DNA of 32,000 nt. Source: Pyrobaculum aerophilum str. IM2 (GTDB lineage: Archaea; Thermoproteota; Thermoprotei; Thermoproteales; Thermoproteaceae). Each line of letters opens with the position of its first letter. Position 1 is the first letter of the stretch. The stretch spans positions 330,001-362,000 of the forward strand of contig NC_003364.1 in the NCBI RefSeq assembly GCF_000007225.1, in the 5' to 3' direction. The notes beneath the pieces are model-generated. The model was not told where the DNA came from. It was given only the letters and a program-made list of their open reading frames with translations, and ran no database searches. Shown piece after piece: positions 16,669 through 23,594 of the stretch. A program made the translations under genes and the position numbers.

Positions 16669-17547
16669 ATGGCCGTAGCCATCGTCGCGGAGTCGCAAAC
16701 GCCAGATGAGCCGACGAGAGATATATACTTCGAGGTAAAGAAGAGGGGGCTTCCCGTGCGTTACATACCTATTCAACGCCTTTCTGTTAAGATTTACAAC
16801 GGCGAGGCAATTGTGGAAACTCGCAGAGGGCCGCTAGAGCCCTCCGCAGTAGTGATCAGGGGGCTTGGATACGTAATTGATACAAATACGCTTATGAGGA
16901 GAGTTTCCGCGTTGAGGATTTTAGAGAGGAAGGGAGCCGTGGCCATAAACCCCGTAGATGCCCTTTTAAACTGTAGAAATAAGTTGGAGACGGTATATCT
17001 CCTAAGCAAGGCGGGGATACCGGTGCCTCCTACCGTGGCGACTGAGGATCTCTACTACGGCTACGTAACGGCAAGAGACATGGGAAGAGTTGTGCTGAAG
17101 CCTATACAAGGCAGTAGGGGATATGGCGCCATGATGTTTGAAGACGCAGAACAGGCCTTTCAAGTAATGAGGACGTTGCTAATAGCCAAAAATCCCCTCT
17201 ACATACAAAAATATATTGAAAAGCCCAATAGAGATATTAGAATAATTGTAGTAGACGGCAGGGCAATTGGATGTATGTATAGAGTCTCTAGCAGCTGGAA
17301 GACGAATATAGCCCAGGGAGCATTGGGAGTTCCCTGCGAGCTCAATCCAGAGCTTGAAGAGCTGGCAGTAAAGGCCACTCACACAATGGGCCTCGTCTAC
17401 TCAGGCGTGGACATCGGAGAGGGGAAGGAGGGATACGTGGTGTTTGAAGTGAATGCCAGCCCCGACTGGCGCGGCTTTAAACAAGCCACTGGCATAAACC
17501 CAGCGGTGCACATCGCCGAATATATTGAAAGAGTGGTGAAAAGGTAA
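16669..17547 (+). CDS. ATP-grasp ligase of the RimK/LysX/MptN family (alpha-L-glutamate-type ligase)
   Basis: 292 aa. NPVDALLNCRNKLETVYLLSKAGIPVP, VVLKPIQGSRGYG, LYIQKYIEKPNRDIRIIVVDGRAIGCMYR...WKTNIAQG and GVDI...VFEVNASP match the RimK/LysX pattern. GTATAAATATT box lies 24 nt upstream. Confidence 0.8.
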   Translation: MAVAIVAESQTPDEPTRDIYFEVKKRGLPVRYIPIQRLSVKIYNGEAIVETRRGPLEPSAVVIRGLGYVIDTNTLMRRVSALRILERKGAVAINPVDALLNCRNKLETVYLLSKAGIPVPPTVATEDLYYGYVTARDMGRVVLKPIQGSRGYGAMMFEDAEQAFQVMRTLLIAKNPLYIQKYIEKPNRDIRIIVVDGRAIGCMYRVSSSWKTNIAQGALGVPCELNPELEELAVKATHTMGLVYSGVDIGEGKEGYVVFEVNASPDWRGFKQATGINPAVHIAEYIERVVKR

Positions 17548-17571
17548 AAAACACCGTAGTTCCGCAGACAA

Positions 17572-17766
17572 GTGACTAAGTGGCTTTTAAAATGCACAGT
17601 CTGTGGAGAGGAGAGAGTGTTTGAGGCAGGCTTCAACTTGGCGCTTCTCGGGGGTAGAGTATATCTCTACTGTAAGAGGTGTAAAGCAAATAGGGTGCAT
17701 TTAATCCTTGGCTGTCTCGAGGAAGACGGCAGTTGCCCCGTAGCTGGCGCGGACGTTATAGACTGA
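17572..17766 (+). CDS. 64-aa zinc-ribbon protein with an acidic C-terminal tail
   Basis: CTVC-x24-CKRC, with tail LEEDGSCPVAGADVID. GTG start with TAAAAAA (17545-17551) centred 24 nt upstream. Confidence 0.5.
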   Translation: MTKWLLKCTVCGEERVFEAGFNLALLGGRVYLYCKRCKANRVHLILGCLEEDGSCPVAGADVID

Positions 17767-17971
17767 AAGAATTTCTATACGCTATTTCTCTCAAGAGGCT
17801 GGCCAAGTGAGGCGCTGTTTTTTGCAATTTCGCCAATGCGGTGTTTATGTCGTCTGCAGGAGAGACGCCGTATTTTTGTAGAGCGTAGACGTGTGGGCCC
17901 ATGATTGATTGTAACGACGGCATGTATATGCCGTACATCCAGTTTAAAAAATGCTCCGTAGCGCTTAGCAA
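17756..17971 (-). CDS. Hypothetical 71-aa protein
   Basis: The start overlaps the stop of the upstream 222-aa gene by 7 nt, which suggests an operon. I recognise no motif. Confidence 0.35.
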   Translation of the reverse strand: MLSATEHFLNWMYGIYMPSLQSIMGPHVYALQKYGVSPADDINTALAKLQKTAPHLASLLREIAYRNSFSL

Positions 17972-18633
17972 ATAAGCCGTAGTTGAATAATAGAAGAGGT
18001 TATTAAGTGGCTCAAGGCGTTTATACTGCCGAGAGTGCTTAAAATTTTGCCCAATTCCTCTGCCTCAGTCTCATCTAGCTTATCTAAAAGGCGTTTTGCC
18101 TCCAAGCGCTCTCTTTTCTTCTCCAGTTCTAATTTTAACTGATTGAGAGACTGGCCGACGGAGGCAATGCTCTTCTCCATGTCAATACAGGCGTTTCTCA
18201 GCCTCTTCTCCCTCTCCTGAAGGCGTTTGATCTGCTCGTTGTACACGTCCATGCCGATAACTCCCTTTAACAACGCCTCCTCTAGCTTGTGGTAGGACTT
18301 GTCCAACTCGCCGCGAGACTTTTTCAACTCCTCTATCATCTTGTTCACTTCTCTCACTTTAATCTCGAAGAACTTGGGCAAAGCCGCTATGTCCAGATCC
18401 ACATATTCCCTCGTGATTTTAACCTTTATATTCGGCGTATCTAGAATATAGCTCTGGCCATTGGCGTCCTTAATCTCTATAGAAAGTAGCTTTTTCCTCT
18501 TCACGTCGAACTCGCCCTTCTCAGCGACGCCAATTAACAAAACCCCGCCTATATACACCGGCTTTCCTCTAACCACAGGCAGTTTGACATCCCTCTTCTC
18601 CTTGCCTAACTGCGGAAAAAGCCTCCAAATCAC
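17965..18633 (-). CDS. PRC-barrel-like N-terminal domain plus long coiled coil (CdvA-like architecture)
   Basis: 222 aa. The N-terminal roughly 90 aa is a beta-rich segment (VVRGKPVYIGGVLLIGVAEKGEFDV...LSIEIKD...YILDTPNIKV). It is followed by about 120 aa of heptad-rich charged helix (ELKKSRGELDKSYHKLEEALLKGVIGMDVYNEQIKRLQEREKRLR...LELEKKRERLEAKRLL). Confidence 0.45.
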   Translation of the reverse strand: MIWRLFPQLGKEKRDVKLPVVRGKPVYIGGVLLIGVAEKGEFDVKRKKLLSIEIKDANGQSYILDTPNIKVKITREYVDLDIAALPKFFEIKVREVNKMIEELKKSRGELDKSYHKLEEALLKGVIGMDVYNEQIKRLQEREKRLRNACIDMEKSIASVGQSLNQLKLELEKKRERLEAKRLLDKLDETEAEELGKILSTLGSINALSHLITSSIIQLRLIC

Positions 18634-18705
18634 GCCTTTCTCTACAGCTAAATTAAAACCTCAGCGGTCAAGAAGCGATATTATATATCAGCTGTACATT
18701 TCCCC

Positions 18706-19296
18706 GTGGATTTGCAAAAGCTTCATGAGTTAATAAAAAACTGCGATAAATGCCCACTGCATAAATACCGCAAAAACGCCGTCCCTGGCGAGGGCGAGAT
18801 GAAATTGGGGGTAATGATTGTCGGCGAGGCGCCGGGCGCGTCTGAAGACGAGGCAGGCCGGCCGTTTGTAGGAGCGGCGGGACAGCTGTTAACTGAGGCG
18901 CTGAGCCGCTTAGGCGTGAGGCGAGGCGATGTGTTTATCACTAACGTAGTTAAGTGCAGGCCGCCGAATAACCGCACGCCCAATAGGGAGGAGGTTGAGG
19001 CGTGTCTCCCGTACCTCATACAACAGATAGGCATTTTAAAGCCCAGGAGGATAATTGCGCTTGGGCTCATAAGCGCAAAGGCCCTTATGGAGCTCATGGG
19101 GAGAAGGGCTGAGAAGCTGGGCGACGTCAAGGGGAAGTGCTACCAGGGCAGAATAGCCGGAGTTCAAGTGGAGTTGTGTATTACATACCACCCAGCGGCG
19201 GTATTGAGAAAGCCGGCATTGAGGGGCGAGTTTCAAAAAGATTTGGCCATGTTCTTCGGCGGGGGGCTTGACCGCTTCTTAGACCCGTCTAAGTGA
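18706..19296 (+). CDS. udg: Family-4 uracil-DNA glycosylase (Fe-S, thermostable UDGa type) with a C-terminal PIP box
   Basis: 196 aa. Catalytic GEAPGASEDEAGRPFVGAAGQLL motif. Four Cys (CDKC, VKCRPP, EACLPY) for the [4Fe-4S] cluster. HP motif (TYHPAAVLR). QKDLAMFF matches the PIP consensus Qxx[LIM]xx[FY][FY]. Confidence 0.9.
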   Translation: MDLQKLHELIKNCDKCPLHKYRKNAVPGEGEMKLGVMIVGEAPGASEDEAGRPFVGAAGQLLTEALSRLGVRRGDVFITNVVKCRPPNNRTPNREEVEACLPYLIQQIGILKPRRIIALGLISAKALMELMGRRAEKLGDVKGKCYQGRIAGVQVELCITYHPAAVLRKPALRGEFQKDLAMFFGGGLDRFLDPSK

Positions 19297-19319
19297 ATTT
19301 TATATAAGGGGGTTAACTT

Positions 19320-20207
19320 GTGGATTTTTTCTGCCATAAGCGTGGATGCACGGCGAGGGATCATTTAAATGAGTATGAATTCTGCACGGCGAATTTCGGC
19401 GTTGACAAGGTGAGGAAGGCTCTAGTGGATTTCACAGCGGAGCAGATGGCGTTGCTTCAAAAGATTAGTTTGAATTGGATTAATACAAAGAACCCGATAT
19501 ACATGTTTCTCTCCGGTAGTCTACTGGTATATTGCCTGTGGGAAGAGCCCATGTGTAAGGCCTTAGAGGGCGTGCGACTAGCCGGCGCCGCGGAGAGGTC
19601 CGGGGCAGCTTACTACTTGCCGCACACTCTCTTTTCTGAGGAGGTCTTAGAAAATCTGCCCCTCCCCGAGATCTCTGAGGAGGAGTATGAAATTAAGAAG
19701 TATTACGTCGTAAGTCTCCAAGGCTTCTCTGGCGAGGGCGATGCTTTAGAAGATCTCGCGAGGTTTTTCGAATCCGCCCCTGTGTTTTTGGGCATGAGGG
19801 CAGCGAGGGTTGTGAGGGGGGTGCCGTATATGCCTCAATTGGCTAATAAGTACACTGATAAAATCGATATTCTTCTCAAAGGCGTTGACGGCTCTCTCAC
19901 AGGGCTGGGATATGTAGATGTGACAAAGACGTACCACCTCGGCTTCTCCAAGGCTAAGAGCTTCCTACTATACGGGCTGGACAGAGTCGTCTTGCTACAC
20001 CCCCACGTTGATCTCAGCTTCCACAAAGAAGTGGCGAATAGGATTAAAAACAGGTGGGATATCTCGGAGGTGGGATACGCCGTCTTAAACCCAGTGGAGG
20101 AAGAGCTATATTTCTACAAGTTGCCGAGGAAAAATAGGTATCTGTCCATGAGCGTCTCGGCGCAAAAACATTCAAGCGTCATTAGGCGATATATCGAATC
20201 TCTATGA
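19320..20207 (+). CDS. Hypothetical 295-aa soluble protein with an N-terminal C-x4-C-x4-H-x6-C cluster
   Basis: GTG start with TTTTATATAAGG about 24 nt upstream. The stop overlaps the start of the next gene (ATGA). I recognise no family. Confidence 0.4.
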   Translation: MDFFCHKRGCTARDHLNEYEFCTANFGVDKVRKALVDFTAEQMALLQKISLNWINTKNPIYMFLSGSLLVYCLWEEPMCKALEGVRLAGAAERSGAAYYLPHTLFSEEVLENLPLPEISEEEYEIKKYYVVSLQGFSGEGDALEDLARFFESAPVFLGMRAARVVRGVPYMPQLANKYTDKIDILLKGVDGSLTGLGYVDVTKTYHLGFSKAKSFLLYGLDRVVLLHPHVDLSFHKEVANRIKNRWDISEVGYAVLNPVEEELYFYKLPRKNRYLSMSVSAQKHSSVIRRYIESL

Positions 20208-21814
20208 GAACTTTTGAGCGGAGTTATTCGCTTATTTTTGGACGATCTCCTAGAAAACTGGCCTTTTATGCCACTGCGTTCTTAATAATCCTCGCCGCTT
20301 TAAAAAGCTTGTCTCAGCCTGCGGCGTTGCTTTTATATATTGCCTATGGAGGCGCCATATTGACAATTTTAATGCTAGCGGACCGCGCTGTTATAAACTT
20401 AAGGCGGTCTTACTACATAGCGGTTATCTCAACGCTACTAGTTGCCTTCTTCGACGTGATCTTCCAAAAGCCAGTTCTGTCATTTGCCCTTGTGGGCTCA
20501 ACTGCCAGCGCGTTAGTACTGCAGTCGCTTAAGTGCAAAAGCCCCGTTTACATTTTGCCTCTTGTATTGACGGCGTTAATTTACTACCTAATGGGTAGCG
20601 TGAGCCTCTTGTTGCTCTCCGCGGTTTACATAGCAGTGCTCTACTTGTTTAGAATAGTTGTGAATAAAATGGCGGGGGGCCTAGATGCGATGTGCATGTT
20701 CTCAAGTTTCCTGTACGCAGTATTTGCAGAAGACGACGTATTAGAAGACGCCTTTAAAGAGCTAGGACAACGGGAGAAAGTGCCTATACACCTCTTTTTA
20801 ATAGGCGGAAGCCACGTGGTTTTAGTAAGCGACTTCCACCCAGGCCCCTTTAGGCACATTGGCGGGGGAATGTTAGTCGACGTGTTGCACAGAGAAGTGG
20901 GGAAAATGGGCTATCGCCTCACGTTCTTACACGGAGTGGGCAGCCACGAGCGCGATCCTGTTAGCAGAGATTCTGTCCAACGTATTGTGGAGTCTGTGAA
21001 ATCCGCCCTCGCCTCTATGCACAACGGGGCTCTCCCCGCCGGCGTTCGCCCCCTAAAAGTAGAGGTAGGCGATGTTAAATTAGTTGGCCTAAGCTTGGGA
21101 ACGCCTCCGCATCTGGCTATTGTAAGTAGAGTTCGCTCGGCCTCTGACGACATCCCCACTTGGGTGAGCAAGCTTGTAGACCCCGGGGAGTATATACTAG
21201 TCGACGCACAAAATAAATTCAACGGGGCAGTCCAGTGGAGAGATGAAGACGTTATTTCACTGTCAAGAGGCTTAAAGGCGTTGCACGAGGCTGGGGCTTG
21301 CCGCTCTTTTAAAATAGGCGTTGGACACGCCGCGACAGAGCACTTAGTTCCCTTGGGCTATGAGATAGGCCCCGCTGGCGTCTCAGCTATAGTAGGGGAC
21401 TGCGACGGGGCGAGGAGCTTATTAATAGTCTTTGACGGAAATAACATAGACAGCGCCTTGTATGACAAACTAGTTAAGGCCTATGAAAGGCGTGGATACA
21501 GCGTGGTGGAGGTAGTAACCACAGACACCCACAGGGCCACTGGGGTGGGCATTGGCCGTGGGTATAGAATTGTGGGAGAGCGCCTCAGCCACGGCGCGAT
21601 TTTAGAAGTTGTAGAAAAGGCAGTTTTAGAGGCGGAAAAAAACCTAGCCCCGCTCCCAGTCGCCTACCGCCGTGTAGAAGTAGAGGCCGAGGTGCTGGGA
21701 GAAGAGGGGTTTAGGAAAATTCAAAAGGCCGTGAAGATGTATAAAAAAGTGGGGGTAATTGTAATACTCGCCGTATTCGTGTTGCCGTCTCTGGTCATTG
21801 CGCTTTTGGCATAG
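20204..21814 (+). CDS. Large archaeal membrane protein (about 5-6 N-terminal TM, soluble domain of about 330 aa, C-terminal TM); DUF2070/COG3356-like
   Basis: 536 aa. The topology can be read from the hydrophobic blocks. The size and architecture match my recollection of DUF2070, but that is unverified. A T6 tract follows the stop. Confidence 0.5.
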   Translation: MRTFERSYSLIFGRSPRKLAFYATAFLIILAALKSLSQPAALLLYIAYGGAILTILMLADRAVINLRRSYYIAVISTLLVAFFDVIFQKPVLSFALVGSTASALVLQSLKCKSPVYILPLVLTALIYYLMGSVSLLLLSAVYIAVLYLFRIVVNKMAGGLDAMCMFSSFLYAVFAEDDVLEDAFKELGQREKVPIHLFLIGGSHVVLVSDFHPGPFRHIGGGMLVDVLHREVGKMGYRLTFLHGVGSHERDPVSRDSVQRIVESVKSALASMHNGALPAGVRPLKVEVGDVKLVGLSLGTPPHLAIVSRVRSASDDIPTWVSKLVDPGEYILVDAQNKFNGAVQWRDEDVISLSRGLKALHEAGACRSFKIGVGHAATEHLVPLGYEIGPAGVSAIVGDCDGARSLLIVFDGNNIDSALYDKLVKAYERRGYSVVEVVTTDTHRATGVGIGRGYRIVGERLSHGAILEVVEKAVLEAEKNLAPLPVAYRRVEVEAEVLGEEGFRKIQKAVKMYKKVGVIVILAVFVLPSLVIALLA

Positions 21815-21816
21815 GG

Positions 21817-21822
21817 TTTTTT
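21817..21822 (+). terminator. Oligo-T tract (T6) after the membrane-protein gene
   Basis: TTTTTT begins 3 nt after the TAG at 21812-21814. Confidence 0.4.
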
Positions 21823-21872
21823 GTGCTCTCTGAAGGCGGTTTAAGGAAAGCAGTTAGTAACAGCCCTGCTGT

Positions 21873-21887
21873 ATAAAAAATATATAC
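21873..21887 (+). promoter_or_regulatory. radA TATA region (TATAAAAAATATATA)
   Basis: Strong A/T box 7-35 nt upstream of the candidate starts GTG 21894, TTG 21900 and GTG 21906. It is preceded by a 5-bp inverted repeat, ACAGC/GCTGT, at 21860-21872. Confidence 0.55.
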
Positions 21888-21893
21888 CCAAGA

Positions 21894-22907
21894 GTGAGAT
21901 TGTTCGTGTCTTCCAAAAAGAAGAAGGCAGACGCAGAGGTTTCCCAGACGCAAGCTACTGTGGAGGTCCGCGCCGATGTAGATGTAGAAGAACTTGAGGG
22001 TATTGGGCGCGTGACTGGGGCTAAATTGAAGGAAAGGGGCTATTACACAGTGCGCGACATAGCCTTTGCCTCAGTGAAAGAACTCGCTGAGATTATCGGC
22101 AACGAGGACAGGGCGCAACAGATAATTGAAGCCGCGCGGAAGATGTTAGGACTCCACTCTTTCATCTCAGCGCTGGAGGTATACGAGAGGCGTAAAAAAA
22201 TCAGGAGAATCTCGACAGGGGTTAGATCGCTTGACGAATTGCTGGGAGGCGGCATTGAGACTAGGGCAGTGACTGAGATAGTGGGCGAGTTCGGCTCCGG
22301 GAAGACTCAGTTGTGCCACCAGCTCGCCGTAATGGTGCAACTGCCCGAGGAAAGGGGAGGGCTCGGCGCAAAGGCTATTTATATCGACACTGAGAACACC
22401 TTTAGGCCAGAGCGTATAATGCAGATAGCCAAGGCAAGGGGGTTAGATTCAGACCAAGCGTTGCACAATATCTTTTACGCCAGGGCTTACAGCTCTGACC
22501 ACCAGATGATACTAGTGGAACAAGCCAAGTCTATTATCAAACAACACAACGTGGCGTTGTTAGTAGTGGATTCAGTAATAGCACACTTCAGATCTGAATT
22601 CCCCGGTAGGGAAAATCTGGCGGAAAGGCAACAAAAGCTGAATAAACACGTGGCGGACTTATTACGCCTAGCAGACGCCTACGACGTTGCAGTCGTAATT
22701 ACAAACCAGGTTATGGCACAACCAGATGTGTTCTTCGGCAACCCGCTAAGGCCGGCTGGCGGCAATATATTAGCGCACGGCGCTACGTACCGTCTATGGC
22801 TTAGAAAGTCAAAGGAGAACATTAGAATTGCGAAGATATTCGACTCTCCGTATCACCCAGAGGGCGAGGTGTCCTTCCGCATTACAGAGGAGGGGCTAGT
22901 CGATTGA
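21894..22907 (+). CDS. radA: DNA repair and recombination protein RadA
   Basis: 337 aa. HhH N-terminal domain ([20 protein letters not shown]), Walker [10 protein letters not shown], Walker B LLVVDS, and a Rad51/RadA core throughout. Promoter spacing suggests the true start may be TTG 21900 or GTG 21906. Confidence 0.92.
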   Translation: MRLFVSSKKKKADAEVSQTQATVEVRADVDVEELEGIGRVTGAKLKERGYYTVRDIAFASVKELAEIIGNEDRAQQIIEAARKMLGLHSFISALEVYERRKKIRRISTGVRSLDELLGGGIETRAVTEIVGEFGSGKTQLCHQLAVMVQLPEERGGLGAKAIYIDTENTFRPERIMQIAKARGLDSDQALHNIFYARAYSSDHQMILVEQAKSIIKQHNVALLVVDSVIAHFRSEFPGRENLAERQQKLNKHVADLLRLADAYDVAVVITNQVMAQPDVFFGNPLRPAGGNILAHGATYRLWLRKSKENIRIAKIFDSPYHPEGEVSFRITEEGLVD

Positions 22908-23491
22908 CCGTAAAAAAGGAGTAACCAGTTGTATATAGGCATAAATTTAAAGTTAGACACTACAAATTCCCAAAAGCGTTTATAAGAATTGTAAATTGGG
23001 TGGTCCGCCATTTTAGCAACAAGTTGCGACGCCTCAGACGTGTAGCCCGCCACTGCGAGGCTCACGGAGACGTCAACAGCCAACGTGCGTATAAGAGTGT
23101 GGGCAACGGTTTCGCCCTCTACCACTTCTACCGAGGCCTTCTCCCTAACCAGACTGTAATCCGCCTTCGCAATGAGGACGTCTAACAACCTGTTCAGCAA
23201 GGCCAGCGACAGCTCATACGCCAAATTGTCGCCGGCGAGCTCCTGGGGGACAGCCCACACCTCTAAGAGCTCGGGCTCCGTCACGGCGCGGGCAAACGCA
23301 ACCTCTCTGAGGATTTTATACTTGTCAAGCGGGAGCGCGACCTTTAAGATGTTAATATCGCCGACCTCGAGTTTAGTAGCTGACTCTCCAACAATTATCA
23401 CGTCGATAGGGGGCGAGCCCAGGAGCTCTATCAATTCTTTAATCTCTCTGAGCGTATTTTCGCTTACAGGCACTAATACGACGATTTCCAC
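22853..23491 (-). CDS. Hypothetical 212-aa protein
   Basis: Start moved to GTG 23491 ([21 protein letters not shown]...) because the ATATAAA box (23511-23517) is centred 23 nt upstream. The ORF-track start at 23620 would overlap the divergent radical SAM gene and has no well-spaced box. The 3' end overlaps radA by 55 nt. Confidence 0.4.
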   Translation of the reverse strand: MEIVVLVPVSENTLREIKELIELLGSPPIDVIIVGESATKLEVGDINILKVALPLDKYKILREVAFARAVTEPELLEVWAVPQELAGDNLAYELSLALLNRLLDVLIAKADYSLVREKASVEVVEGETVAHTLIRTLAVDVSVSLAVAGYTSEASQLVAKMADHPIYNSYKRFWEFVVSNFKFMPIYNWLLLFYGQSTSPSSVMRKDTSPSG

Positions 23492-23567
23492 AAGTATGTT
23501 AGCGGCTTGGATATAAATCCCTCTCCGTGGCCAAAACTTAACGCGCCTCTGGAGCTCAGGCGAATGC

Positions 23568-23575
23568 TTAAAAAT
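23568..23575 (+). promoter_or_regulatory. TATA-like box (TTAAAAAT) for the radical SAM gene
   Basis: Centred about 23 nt upstream of ATG 23595. It is the same CTTAAAAATG element found at the aor promoter. Confidence 0.5.
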
Positions 23576-23594
23576 GCCAAGAAAGGATAATAGT

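Noticed and set aside
17572-17766. Identification of the 64-aa zinc-ribbon protein as LysW/ArgW.
   Set aside because: The invariant C-terminal EDWGE motif is absent (the protein ends …GADVID), and no lysine or arginine AAA-pathway genes are adjacent. Only the looser carrier-like hypothesis is retained.
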